From positions 14,012,001 through 14,076,000 of the forward strand of contig JBHGNT010000008.1 of the NCBI GenBank assembly GCA_043228905.1: a stretch of 64,000 nucleotides of DNA, in the 5' to 3' direction. The translations under genes and the position numbers were made by a program. Origin of the DNA: Azolla caroliniana (lineage: Eukaryota; Plantae; Polypodiophyta). Positions 1 through 13,733 of this stretch are shown in pieces. Position 1 is the first letter of the stretch. The number at the start of each line of letters is the position of its first letter. The notes beneath the pieces were generated by a model that saw only the letters and a program-made list of their open reading frames with translations, made no database searches and had not been told where the DNA came from.

Positions 1-3000
1 AGGGACTTCTTCAACTGGCATATTGCCGAAGTGTTCGTTTCGGTGTGAAATCCACATGTACACTTGTTCCTCAAGCTCGCCTTGCAGGAACACATACTTT
101 ACATCCATCTGATGTAAATGTCACCCCTTTGTCGTAGCTCCCGCAAGCAAAACACTAACGGTCGTCATCTTCGCGACTGGCATAAACGTCTCATCGTAAT
201 CGATGCCATGTTGTTGCGCGTAGCCTTTTGCTACTAATCGGGCCTTGTATCTTTTGACTGAGCCGTCGGTGTTCTACTTGACCTTGTACACCCACCTACA
301 TCCAATCAGCTTTACACCCTTGGGGGCGTCAACCAGGTCCCAAGTTTCGTTCTCCGTAAATGCGTTCATCTCTTCCTCCATGGCGGGATGCCAATTCGCG
401 TCCTTTGCCGCTTCTGCATAGATCTCGGGCTCAAGCACTTTCGTTACGCGTGTCACGTACGCATATTGATGCGCCATGTACTCGTTGTATCCAAACCACA
501 CAACAGGGTTCTTCTGGCGGGTAGATCGGCATAATTGCGCATTAGCTGATGTTGAGGCCGTTCTGGCCGACGCGGATTTCGCTCTTGAAGGCCCGTCAAT
601 GCTCTTCTCGGAGTTGGATTCGCGTCAATCCGACTCATCCTTATCCGTGTCGTACTCCGGCATCTTCATCTTTCCCTTTTCTTTGTGCGTAAGCCATCTC
701 TTCGGCTTCCTGCACAGGGAATGCACGGCTGAGTCTCCACTACTCGCCGGCTCTTCATCTGACTGGTCAAACCGACTCAGTCGCTTATTCGGTCCACTTA
801 GCCGAAATGAAGTCAAACTCTCTTCAAGAGTTCCAACTTCGCGTTCATCAGGAGGCATCTCAGCCTCGCTGACCTTATCTTCAGAACTCATATTGGAGCT
901 GAGGTCTAGAGTAGGAGGCAAATACCAAGACGCGGACTCATCGAACACAACATCGCGACTTACGCGACCTGGTTTGATTCCGGAGTTATAACACTTATAA
1001 CCCTTCTGTTCGTCCAAGTAGCCGACCAAGATACTCTTCTCGGCTTTCGCATCTAGCTTCTCCTTCGGCACATGCACATACGCGATGCTACTGAAAACCC
1101 TCAAGTGTCGTAGATTCAACATCCTTCTGAAATACAGCTCATGTGCGACACTTTTTCGCCGATCCTATTCTGGATGTAGAGCAGTTCAGACCGCTTCGGC
1201 CCAATAGAACTTGGGCAAGCTCTTTTCTTCGAGCATTTCCCGCGCTGCTTCCACAATCGACCGATTCTTCCTTTTGGCGCTATTTTGCTCTAACGTATAC
1301 CTGCAACTGAATTCGCGCTGAATTCCCATTTGTTGCAGATAACTGTTGAATTGGCCGGAAAAGTACTCTTTTTCGCCATCCGACCGCAGGCATTTCATCT
1401 TCCTCCCTGTTTCCCTTTTGGCAAGATTTTTGAGGTTCCAGAAACAGTCGAAGACTTCACTCTTCTTTTCAATGACGTAGATCCATGTGTGTCGGGTGTA
1501 GTCATCGATGAAGGAGACGGAATATCAACTCCCACCAAGACTCACGTTCTATGTCAGTCCCCATACATCTTAATGTATCAAGTCGAGCTTATTTCGGCTC
1601 CGATTACTCTCGTTGAGGAAAGGAAGTCAGTGTTGTTTCCCTAGCTGGCAAGCTTCACAAAGTTGGGGCTTTCGACCACTCAATTTTGGCAATCCGAACA
1701 CAACTTGTCTCGATTGCAGGTCCTGAAGCCTTTGGTAGTTGACATGGCCTATCCGCTTATGCCACAAGTCGATATACGACTCGACTTTTTGCCCTTTCGC
1801 GATCATGGCGGTACCTACATCATTGGTATCGATGATGAACATCCTCCCATATCTGCACCCTTGCGGCCTTCTTCCTCGATGAAGCACCTGAGATGCGTGA
1901 ACCAGACTTGCATCCCCTGGTCGACGATCTGTCCGACCGACGCCAAATTCTTCGTTATTGTCGGGACATGTAACACGTTCATTAGCTTCCCTTTTTGCCA
2001 GACGTGGCTGAGGGGAACTTCACCGACATGTACGATCGGATGTAGAGTGTCGTCTCCTGTTACGACTACTCTCGATTGTTCCGGTTTTTCCAAATATGAG
2101 AACCACTCTTTATTGTTCGTCATATGGTTTGACACTCCGGAGTCAATGTACCACACTTCGTCCGATTTCGAGGTGGTCTTCTTCATCGAGTTCGCTTCAT
2201 GTCTTGTCACGAAGGTTGTCCCCTTTCCAACATTCTCGGATCCTTCGGCGTAGTGCGTCTACTGTCGATTTCCTTGTTCAGTTTGTCCGGATCCGGATCC
2301 GGTTTTCTCTGAATCGGCGCGCTTCTTCCAGCACTCGCTCTCCTTGTGGCCTTTCTTGCAACAATACCAGCATTCCGCGACGTGTTTCCCTTGTCGGTTC
2401 TCGTCACCTCCTCGACTCCCCATGCTTCCGGAGTCAGCACCCGCGTGATTCTCCTCTACAAGGAGCATCGACTGCAAGTCTAAAAACGATGGTGTATTCT
2501 CCCTTGTACAAATAGCAGTTCGGAATGCTCCGAACTTCGACGTTAATCCTCTGAGGAAGATTTGCACCATTTCGCCCTCCTCAACGTTCACATCGATGGA
2601 GACGAGGGAATCACAAATATCCTTTATCTTGGAGGTGTAGTCAGCCACTGTCATGTTGCGTTGACGCACATTGCTGAACTCCTGTCGGAGTTGGAGTTTC
2701 CTGGTTGTGGTGCTTGCGGCGAAAATCTTTTTCAAATTTCCCCAAGCATCCTTTGGTGTTCTTGTATCCTGAATGTAGCTCAAGAGTTGTTCGCTCACAC
2801 AGGACGCGAAGCAGTAGAGAACTCTGCTCGCCGACTGTTCCGAGGTCAGGAAGTCTTTGTGTGTCGATTCGGGTGTTGCATCATTCGCTCCATCGACATA
2901 GGTCCAGTATCCATGTCCGAGCAAGTACTGGTGCATCTTGTACGACCAAGATGCATAGTTACTTCTCTTGAGCTTCTCAGTTGGAAGTGAACTAGCCATA

Positions 3001-3503
3001 CCTCTATCCATTTTTTTCCTTTTGTTCTTCACCGATATTAGGTTTTTTTGTTGTTTTGAGCTAAAGTCGGCTGCAGAGGTTCTCAACCCTCGTGCTCTAA
3101 TACCATGTGAAATATTACGTGCGGAAGCTATACGAAACACAGAATACTAACAGAGAAAAATAGGTTTAATGGAGAGCTTAAGACACAATGTACGCTGGAG
3201 AGACAAAGAGGGAAAAACACAGAAAAAACTAAATTCAAATAATGTGTAAAACTCTGTACATAGGATGTGCTCAGGGTGCACTTTTATACAAGTCCATACG
3301 AACTGACAAAAGTACTAACACGTATTTCAATGCTCATACCTGAGCTCCTACACTAACTCAAAATATATTCCCTCACGAAATATCTGTTCAACGGCCTCCC
3401 GGTTTCTGCACCGATCCGGCCTCTTGTTGCGCACCAGTTTATGCACCAGTTTACGCAACGATTTACGCAGTGATCCAGCCAATGTTGAGCTTGTAACTCA
3501 ACA
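1..3503 (-). mobile_element. Decayed Ty1/Copia element (5' LTR, gag, PR, IN, start of RT); continues off the left edge
   Basis: LTR 3106-3503 (TG...CA). Met-type PBS TGGTATTAGAGC at 3094-3105. Gag with zinc-knuckle remnant (CWYCCKKGHKESEC), PR WYIDSG, IN RSDG..EY, RT motifs WVYKVK and QMDVK. Many stops and frameshifts. Gypsy coding sequence resumes immediately at 3504. Confidence 0.9.
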
Positions 3504-3640
3504 AAGGACTTTCCACAATTCCGTCGCTCTTTCTATTTCCGTGCCCAACCAATAACCTACTGACTTTAACCTTTCCTGCGAGCCGGAAGTCCCGACATCG
3601 TTATTCTTTGGCACGCTACGAGTGTCATACCGGTTAGAGG

Positions 3641-4322
3641 TGACGGGAACTCTCGTTCCTTATACGCAACGCTTGGCCACAACCGAGCTTAGAATCATAC
3701 ACAGAAAAACGGGAAATAAAAGCATGACACGAAGAAGAGAAGAGTACACAGGATGTTTACGTGGAAAACCCAAAGAGGGAAAAACCATGGCAGCCCACAG
3801 ACTACAAACTATCACTATGTTAGAATGTACAACAGTGAGTTCACGGAGGCAACGACCTCGTGCTCACGATCTTCATCACAGGCAGCGGTTACAACAGAGG
3901 CAACGACCTCTCTCTCTCTCTCTCTCTCTGTACACAGTTACGCGCTCTCTCTTTTCTTACACCAACAAGAAATGACAACAGCAGTCTAAAAGTTTGCCCT
4001 AAGTCATATTTATACTAATATGACTTTTCGGCTATTTACAAATATAGCCTCGATGGACTCTCAGAAACATATTTACAAATATGTCTCTTCATCCGGTGAG
4101 CATTTCTCACCGGGTCTACACCATCCGGCTCTCCGTAGTCGGGTACTCCTCATCCGGTTCTCACCGGGTCTGCATCATCCGGGTCTCCGTATCCGGGTAC
4201 TCCTCATCCGGTTCTCACCGGATCTGCACCATCCGGCTCTCCGTAGCTGGGTACTCCTCATCCGGTTTGTTCATCAGCACTGTTCTTCTCCCTTCCCATC
4301 CAGAGGGACCTGTCTCCCAACA
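3641..4322 (-). mobile_element. Solo LTR (Copia, related to the LTRs at 15895 and 23576)
   Basis: TG...CA termini, perfect TSD AGAGG (3636-3640 and 4323-4327), shared blocks (GTGGAAAACCC, GCCCTAAGTCATATTTATA, GGCTATTTACAAATATAGCC), three 54-bp tandem repeats at ~4106-4267. Confidence 0.88.
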
Positions 4323-5747
4323 AGAGGGTCTAGTTCCTCTGCCCTTTCCTGCTCACTTGTCCTCCACTAGAACTTCATAGTTCTAGTACATTGCTTCCAA
4401 GAAACTGGTCTTTTCCTCGACCGAATCGTTCCACCCCGTGACCTCCCAGACCCGCTTCTCCGCGCAGTCCGCTTCTTCCTTCCTTCGCCGTACTCCAGAA
4501 AGGCCTTCCAGCACCAGTGGCCAAAACTCGGAGTCCTTCGATTTCAGGCCGTCGTCGCTTCCGACCTGGATGCCGAATAATGGACAGCCTCCGCGTGTCA
4601 GGCCGTGGCTTCTTCCATTAACCGCTTCATTTTGCCCTAACCGGTATTCAATTCCAGGGCTTTCCGAGTCTCACATGCGTTCACCCGCCCATTCCATAGG
4701 TACAACACGTTGCTTCTAAGTGCCTCGGTAAAATCTACGCAATCTCTTTGGGTGTGGCCGACTGCGTCGCACCACATACATCGTGGGTCAACCGGAGGCC
4801 TCCAGTCACGCGACTGTCCCCCATTGTCTCTTCGGGCCTGTGCAATTTGGATATCCCGTACCATCTTAGTGAGATCTTCTAGGGTCGTGCCTTTAGATGG
4901 GCCCTTGACCACGTGAGTCGGAACCGCATTGGACTCGATCCACCTTCGTGTCTCTTCTGTTCGAGTCCGAATCGGTTCTTCTAGCTTCCTCCCCGTCATC
5001 GGGCCCTCGTCCCTCCACTCACGTCGTTTGTCGAAACAGTTGCAGACCCTTTTCACCGCAGCCCAATCAGCCGTAAGCCCCTCATCCGTCTCAAGCAAGA
5101 GACCCACCTTCTCCCGATCAAGCGCATCCACCGACTTGATGAAGAGTAGGAACCGGCTCGTATCAAGCACGGTCTGGTCCAGAGTCGAGAGTTGAGCAAA
5201 TCGCCTTTCGAACTCCTAGAGGAGCGCCAATGTATTCCTTCCCTTTCCGAGGCTCTTGACCCATTCCATAAACTCCCGCTTCAACAACCGAAGCAAGTCA
5301 TCAAACCCGTACCTCTCGAGGAGTTGTCCCTCGAACTCCTCCCAGTTTTGGCAACCTGCTTGTACCTCGAGCACCTCTACGTGAATGCTCAGCGAAATCT
5401 AGACAGTCGCCTGTCCTCCAAGATGTCCCTCACTATCATCTTGGCTTGGTAGATCTCCAGATAACTCGTCGCGTTCTTCCCACCAAACCGGCCTATTGTG
5501 TCGACAATCAATTCTATGGCCCTATCAATGGCACTTGTGCCCTCATGAGCATTCACTAGGCGGTCAACAGCTACTGCCATGGCTTCGGTGAGCTCACTTC
5601 CCCTCATCTTCGGAACTCCTCTGCCTCCTTTTTAACGTTGGGTTCACCAAATTATGTCGGTATTCACGCATGTGCGTGTGAAACAAAGTCGGGACTGTGG
5701 GAGCCTCGAACCGAGGAGCGTTGTCGTGAAGATTTTCGACGATAGTG

Positions 5748-6954
5748 TGTAAATTGTGAGGAACATACAAAATCGAGTGTGGTTCTTCTCACAAGATATG
5801 AAACAATAATAGTGAAGATACTATTCTAAATAAGTTTAATATCTTGGTACGAAAAGATGGAGATCTTCAAGAGCTTTCAAGTGCACTTTACTACATAAGA
5901 AACGGACAACTAAGTGTGAAGTTATATGGGTATGAAGATTGCAAAGAAGAAGAGAAAAACAAAATTGTGAGATATCCCACATAGACAGGACAAATAAGGA
6001 TCCTAGAGTATATAAGCACACCAATATCTCTTCATAATATATTTATGTGTTTGGAGCATAGAAAGATTGAGTTGCATGACTTGACGAATGGATGCAACCA
6101 ACTTCATTTGTTTTGAACGAATCCGGACGGAACCGGACCGGCAGACGGCACCCGACCAGACGACGACGAAACCGGAACCGGATGGTGACAGGACAGCGAC
6201 GAAATTGGTGACCGGAACCGGATGGCGACCGGATAGCTATGGGACCGGATCGGGATGCAAACAGCACGAAACCATATCGGCATGCGAACCGGGCCGGATC
6301 GAACGAATGGGACCGGACCGGACGGGTAGATTTATTGTGATGCACGATGTCTTGAAATTTTCCGGTGTGAAACGAACAAAATCGTCTAGTTCTTTGGAGG
6401 TCAAGTGAAGGTGTAATATGCACTTAAACATTTGTAAAAACAAGACTAAAAAGCCTAGTAAAAAGAAAATTTGTATACAAAGGGATGCAAGTAAGAATTT
6501 GAACCATGCACCTCCAAGTTGAAAGTCAATAGGCTTAACACTAAGCCAAGTCATATCTTCAAAAGTTTTACTTTGATCATTTTGCATGTAAATTCTCATA
6601 CATGAGAACTTAGATGATGACATGGCAAACATGCAATGCATGCATTTTATGCATTACGTGCATGTCTTGCACCCTCACATGCACCATATACATGGGGGCA
6701 TCTATAAAAGAGTGGAGGAATCAAGCAATAAAAAACTAATGAAAAATTCGGGAAAAATAAGAAACGTGTTATCGTATTGTTGATGTATCTTGTCTCTCAA
6801 ATCTAAAGTTAAGCGTTTAATCTTTATCTCAATCTCTCTCTTTCTCCATATCAATCTCTCTCAATCTATCTTAAATACTTTCTCGCTAAAGCTAGTACAA
6901 ACTTCAAATCCTTCCGGTCCAGAACCCCGGCGGTTCCGCCTCACGATCCGCACA
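5748..6954. mobile_element. Solo LTR, 1207 bp
   Basis: TG...CA termini, imperfect inverted ends (TGTGAGG / CCTCACG), perfect TSD TAGTG (5743-5747 and 6955-6959), TATA-like TATAAAAG near 6702, no coding domains. Confidence 0.8.
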
Positions 6955-7609
6955 TAGTGACGAATTTTCACGACAGCGTACGAAGAGGAAGAAGAATAAG
7001 TCGGTAGGGGGTATAGACTGTTAGATATACAGACGTACAAGACACCACCGGCTCGGCCGGGATCGGAGCAACATGCTAGACGATCAACAAAACGGGTACC
7101 AACAATTGATCAGAAAAAAAAGAAATTACAACCGGCTCAGCCGGGAGCTGAGCTACGAGCTTAGCGAACAACACACACGCACTAGTATGGAAATATAATG
7201 TGGAGCCTTTGTCGGGAGCACACGGGCTTCCTACGCGAGTAGAGGCATCCAACCAAAGAAACACCTACAAAGGATAAGAAAACTAAGACCGAGCATTCAG
7301 TTCCCAGTCCGAAAGCACTTCGTTCTCTAAACCGTGATCCCATTCTCAACCCTCTCTCCCTCCTTTTATATGCCAAGAAGGAGTGGGGGGGGGGGGGGTT
7401 ACATGATGTAGTTATTCCCTGCCGCCTTGGACAGAGATTCGTTTAGATTTTATCACTATTTAATTCGTCCTATTAATTTGCCCTTATATCACGCCAACCT
7501 AAACTTAGTCGTAGGTTATTTACAAGCATTACTACAACTTGCGTGCATCCGCGCACGTGGCTGCACGCACCTTTGGTCCCTTTTCCCCTTGTCGTTGGTT
7601 TTCCTCACG

Positions 7610-8321
7610 AAAACGGCTTGTAGTTTCTCCCATAGTGAGAACGTTATCGTCTCTTTTTCCATGCTAAAGTAGACATTTTCGGTTAGGTGCATTCAAATGG
7701 TGGAGTGTGCGATTTCGTCCGTTGATCTCCACTCATCAGTTGACATTGAAGCAGGCTTTTCAGAGTGTCGAATGGCCTCGACCTGTCTTCGAATAATTAG
7801 TACGTCCTGCATCATCTCCTTCCATAGGGCAAAGTTTTGGTCTTTGAATTTTCGGATCTCAACTCCTATACCGGATGTTGATTCCATGATTCTTTCAGAA
7901 GTGAGATTTTCTAACCTGGTCTTTTCTGTCAGCCTTTTTTGTTGTCTATTGCCATCGAGCAACAAATCCCTCTGATACCAGTTGAAGCGTAAGTGTATGC
8001 GGAAACATATGAGGATCTCTCTCAGTTCATACTCAGAAAACAACATAGAAAGAAAAGCAAAGATATACACATATTGAGGCTTTAATGGAAGCTCTATTAC
8101 GTTCTCTGTCTCACTCTCTCAGAGACTCGATATCCGATATATGCTCAAGAAGATTATTCTTTACAACATTAGGTTATTGCTTATATACTATGCCCTAACT
8201 ATGTGGACGAGTTCACACTAGGATACAAAGTGGAGGGAGTCTGCCTTTTATGCCATCACTTTGAACACAAGATATACCAACGCCGAATTATGGACATGGA
8301 AGGAAAAATTCTGACCTAACA
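7610..8321 (-). mobile_element. Ty1/Copia 5' fragment H (LTR ~7983-8321, PBS, gag start)
   Basis: PBS TGGTATCAGAG at 7970-7980; gag N-terminus (KFKDQNFALWKEMMQDVL); Gypsy RNase H sequence resumes at 8322. Confidence 0.8.
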
Positions 8322-11300
8322 AGTAGTGTCAGTATTTGATCACACTGTATACCATGCTTAGTGCTTCTTGTTCCATTGTGGAATAATTTATTTCGGCCTT
8401 TTAGAGCTTCTTGCTTGTGTAATACACTGACCGATACCATTTTGGCTCTGTGAGTTGCATCAAGACACTCCCGATTGCCAAATCTGACGTGTCAACAAAT
8501 ACATGAAAATCCTTCATCTAGTCAAGTGGTTGCACTACCAGAGCTTGTGATAACAACACCTTCAATGCTTGGTATGCCTTGTCCTCATGCGTCGTCCATT
8601 GGAATGGCAGTCGGTGTACTGCAACATATAGTGGTGTGGTAAAATCTGCTAAATATCGGAGCATTCGGCAATGTCACCAGATTGGTCTGAGAAATCGGCA
8701 TAATGCTTTGGCATTTGTTGGTGCCGATGCTTGTAAAATCTCCTTGACTTTGTCCAGATCTACCACAATTCCTTCCTTGCTGACAATGTGGCCCAACAAT
8801 GCTCCGTTGGTCACTCTGAATGCACACTTTGCTAGATTCAAGCTTAATCGGGCAGTCCAACATTTTTCTAAACACAGCTAGAGATGACTCAAATGCTCCA
8901 TCTTTCGGCTATACATGGCGAAGCCATCCAGAAACACCTGCATGAACGACGAAATATGTTCTCCGAATATCTCCATTATGATTCTCTACAACATTGCTGG
9001 TGTGGTCTTCAATCCGAACATCATTACCATCGCGACGAACACTCCCCATTCCGTTACAAATGTCGTCTTTTCTTGATCATCTAGGTGCATCCAGATCTGG
9101 TTGTCTCTGCAAAAACCTTCGAGGAAGTTGTACACTTCGTGCCCTTCGATAGCATCTAATATTCCATATGTGAAGGGAAGCAAAAGCGCATCGGTTATTG
9201 TGGCTACATTTAGTTTCTAGTAATCTACGCATACCCGAATCTTTTCATTTTTCTTGGGTACTACAACAATTGGGCTCAGCCATGTCGCTTGCTTCACTAG
9301 CCGGATAAACCCACTCTTAGCAATTTATCAATTTCCTCCTTGACTTTCAATGCATATTTTGGGTTCATCTAGTAGTGCCTTTGCGCCGCCGGTTTTGCAT
9401 CCTTATTCAAGTGGATTTGGTGTTGGTATAGCTTCGGATCCAACCCCCGCATATCCTCTTATGACCAAGAAAATATGTCTTTAAATTCATTTAGTACAAC
9501 AACCATTGTTGTCTCCTCCTCCGGTGGCATCTCCTTAGCCACGTTCACCGGTCGTGGTTCCTTGATCGTGCTAAGGTCGACTTCCTCTAGTGTTGATTCT
9601 TTTATGCGCTACGATACGGCCATTTCCTTTTCCAAAGCTTCCTACGCTTGCTGGAGTTCGCGGATGGCCTTCCTATCTGGTTCGTCAATCTCTACCTCCC
9701 AGCAATTGACATGTGGCGCGACCGCCTCCGTTACATCTACCTCGAACAATAGAACTATCTTGGGATGCTCTTCTAAGTACTAATCCACTTCCTCATCAGC
9801 CAAACCATCCAACATATTAATTCCCTCTGTGTACAAGGGTGTCAACTACTTGCTCTTACTGGCATGTTCTTGTGTTGGTACCCAGACTTTGGTCTTGTTG
9901 CGCTAGAAACTAATCATGTTTTTCTACCAATTTTGCTTAATATGTGTTGTCTTTAGCAAGGGATGCCATAATAGTAAAGGGTGCGCTCCTAGAGCGTTCA
10001 ATTGTAAGACTACCACCGAAATCCGGAATGTGTGTCCTCCGATAATGATTTCCAAATTCTGAATCAGTCTTGTTGGTTGGACGGAGCTTGTGTCCGCCAT
10101 TCGCAACCGGAATGGGCATGGTTCCCATTCCCGGATTCCTAGTGTATCGCAGGTTCTCCTGTTGATGACATTTACGCCAGATCCTCCATCTATCATTGTG
10201 TCGGTTACTTCTTTTCCCTTGATGATCATTGTGACTGTCAGACTATTGGTGTCCACCACCGTCGGTCCTTCACTTGGATTTGCGAAATATGTGGGTGTTG
10301 TTGCCGGTTTTGGTGGTGCCAGTGCTCATTTAAGACCTTCGGTGAACCTGGGAACCAATTGTAGTAGTCGTCCCAATCGCAACATGATTTGGCATTGTTG
10401 GAGTGCCTGCCACGATGGGTCATCTTCTATCATGCCGGTTTCTTCCTCCGGCTGCTTGGCTTCCTCCTGTTGCATATTGTCGATATTCCGTCGGTTGGCC
10501 TATTGCACCTATTCTATGGTTGCTTTTCGAACCGCTTCATGTGCCTCCCATTCGGAAATTTTTCCTTTCGACCGGGTCGTGACTTGTTGCACATCCGTGA
10601 CTTCGATGATCACCATATTTACCGTCGGATGTTTTTCTTTACTCTTTACCGGAACTTGGATGCAATAATGCCCTTCTTGTCGACAATAATAGAAACCAAG
10701 TTCCAGTAATAATTTTCCGGCCCCCGCTTGATTCGCCTTTCTCTTCTCCTGCCAGTGGCACTCTGGAAGCCATCTGATTGATTTCCTCTGGTCTTCGTTG
10801 CGTCAGTTGTGCTACTGTTTGGTTCATGTCAGGCCCTGTTGTAGGTTTTAGGGTTAGGGTTAAGGACGATGATGATTGGTAATGAAGATAGACATGGTGA
10901 TGGAGAGTATGATGGTGAGAGAGATCATATAGAGAAGCATTGTGGGGTGGGGGGTGGTGCCTAGAATGGCTCCACCCCCCTCCCAAGGGGGTTCAACGTT
11001 AAGGGGAGAGAGAGGAAGAGAGATGACAAAGAGAGAGAGAGAGAGAGAGAGAGAGAAAATGATTATTCATGTTTCATTCATTCCCCATAAGGGGTTAAAT
11101 AGTACAAGAGGGGGTAGATACATAGGGGTGTAAGCCCCCTCGAGCATTCATACTGGACACTCACTCACACCTCCTCGTATCCATCCACATGCACACACGT
11201 GTGCATGTGTTCACATCCCGTCGTGGTCGCCAAAAACTGTGTTATTCCTTAGGGCCGGACAATGGCCTAACACAAGGTGTCTCCGGAAGACACTTCACCA

Positions 11301-11655
11301 AAGGGTTGTTACGGCGAGATAACTTAAGACACAACGATTAATTCGACTTAATTGGCTACTTAGCAATAAGGTATACACTTAATACACACGTAAGATATAA
11401 CAATTAATACAGAACAGTAATCAATACGTGAAGATAAAACAAGAAGCTTATATTAATTATCTGTTAAAGTTATACATTGTAACCGGGCCTTTATATAGGT
11501 CACCGGTGCTGCTTACAAAAATGGTGCCAACCGGCACCTGTTCGAAACCGGTCCGGATCCGGATCGGCATACCGATTCCGGTCCGTCCGTTCACTACATA
11601 ATTATAATCTACTTTACTTAATTAAAATATATTCTGAATAACCATCCCTTTCACA
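8322..11655 (-). mobile_element. Decayed Ty3/Gypsy element G (PR, RT, RNase H; 5' LTR 11238-11655)
   Basis: PR MIDGGSGVNVI; RT DQEKTTFVTEWG..MMFGLK; RNase H remnant; PBS TGGCGACCACGACGGGA ending at 11232 resembles plant tRNA-Arg. Confidence 0.85.
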
Positions 11656-13733
11656 TTCTGGTCTCTGCACCTTTGTCGGTCGGGTAACAGGCCCCTAGTG
11701 GTACTCTTGTTCTACGTCGTGATGCTCATTTCTTCGATTGAAATTCCCACGTCGGTGGTCTTGATTGCGGCGTTGGTTATGGTATCCCTGCCTGTCTGGA
11801 TAACGTCATTCTGCTCCTCTCATCTGGTCATATTCCGGAGAGTAATCCCTATCATATCAGTCCTAGAAGTACTTGTCCCATCTCTAGTCATCGTACCAAT
11901 ATCGACCTCTAGTTTATATCAATCCTCTCTCCGGTACCGATCCGTTCGTCCTGGGGTTCTATCTACCTGACCAGCGCTGCTTGCTTATTCAGTAGGTTGT
12001 ATTCACATCGATCCATGGTATGTGCCCATGAATGGCACAATAAACATTGTGTCTGCATGGTGTATTCCATGGTAGAATGGCCGGGGTTAAGTCACATTGT
12101 ACACTACACAGCCTGTCGGAACCGCAGGTCCTCCTCTTTGGGCACTGCCTGTTGAAGGTTTCCCATTGCCATATGATTACGGTTCTGGGCCCTATCCATG
12201 TCGAGCACCCGGTCCATGACCTAGTCGATTGTACTCTTCTGGAAATCCAATATTGCCAACATGGTCTGCAGTGGCTCTCGGAGGACCGCTAGAAATACTG
12301 CTTTAACTCATCCTCCGGAGGTGCTCACATCAATTGGCTAAGAAAGATTCTAGAATCGGATTATAAATTGTGCTACGGTTTCATGTGTTTCTTGGTACGT
12401 GGTATAAAACCATCCGATCAATTCTTTTTGCACCACCTTCCAATGGAACAATCATAGGAACTTGTCTTGTAGGTCGGTGAATGTGGTGAAACTTCCTGGG
12501 GTATATTGTGCATCCCATCTCACCGCTGGTCCTTCCAATGATAGTCCAAACTCCATAATTTTCAATCTCTCTGCTTCGGCTTCCGTCAACCTCTGGGAAA
12601 CGTGGTTGGCCTCCCATGTTTGTAGAAAATCGCGGACATGTGCCTCCGCATCCATCTCGTCCTGGTACTTTGGGTATCGGTACAACATGGTATCTTCTAC
12701 GACATGGTCGGGTGCTAGTATGATTTCTTGCACCGGCGATGTCAACGCCCAATTTTTTTCCTCTACCGGTTATTGTTCCGGAATAATTGCTTCCGGCAGC
12801 ACCGGATTGACTTCCTCTGCAGGTGGTGTTGGTGTCATAGTTTCCGACTCCGGTGTTGGTGTGTGCTCAGGCCCATCTTCCTCCGGCCCTTCCGAAGTAT
12901 CGTGACTAGATAGATTGATAATTCGAGTGGACACTCCACTCGTCGTTGTCTGATTACGACTCGATAGCCGAAAAGGCTTCCGAATCACCGACTCCTATTG
13001 CTAAAGTCTACAATACCGCTTCGGCGTCTATCAGAGTAATAAGGTTGTTTCCTTCTTCTGAGTGTCGTAGATTTGGAATGTGGATTGTCTCATGTACGAC
13101 CCGCCAAATCTCTCTAGGAAAAGACCAATCCTGTCGGATCTCTTCTGCCGCCTGCTGGTAAGCTCCCCACCACCGCAGTCACCCGGCTAGTCTTCTCGCT
13201 CGTTCAGCCATTGGGCCGTTCGTCTGTCTAGGCATCCATCCCCCTTGTTCACTGCTCTATGCAGAATCATGGTCACCAAAACTGTGTTATTCCTAGGCTG
13301 GCCTTTGCCTCCAACATAGGGTATTTATTCCCTTCCGGAATACACATCCAACGGGGTGGTCAGAGATATGGATGGTGATTCTTCAATCCGACACTTATCA
13401 CTATCCTGAGCAATTACAACATATCCGGCAATCAATTACACACGTAAGATAATGATTTAACGCACAGATGGCAAGTACATAAGATGAAGCACACAGTGGA
13501 CAAATAGAATAGACTATCGATATTTTAACTTTCATTACTTCCATACAGATACATTGGTCTGGATCCTCTTTATAGGCATCCAATAGAATGATACAAAATG
13601 GTGCCTATCCGACTACCAACTACAAAACGGTGTGGATCCTCGTTAGTACAACTATCCTGATCCCTCATTACCCTAATAGTATTTATCTATAATATATTAC
13701 TATTTATCCAACCTTAACTCTTCCCGGTCCACA
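11656..13733 (-). mobile_element. Decayed Gypsy element F (gag; 5' LTR 13283-13733)
   Basis: gag YPKYQDEMDAEAHVRDFLQTWEAN. LTR starts TGTGTTATTCCT like the G LTR. Decayed PBS TGGTGACC at 13271-13278. Confidence 0.75.

Larger units (their letters stand above)
3504..7609 (-). mobile_element. Decayed Gypsy-like element A (gag with CMWCDAVGH; 5' LTR ~5655-7609), interrupted by two solo LTRs
   Basis: ORFs 5389..5607 and 4637..5170 are homologous to the gag at 15404 and 21517 (IGxFxGK, CxWCDxxxH). PBS TGGTGAACCCAACG within 5634-5649. The right LTR boundary is approximate. Confidence 0.7.
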
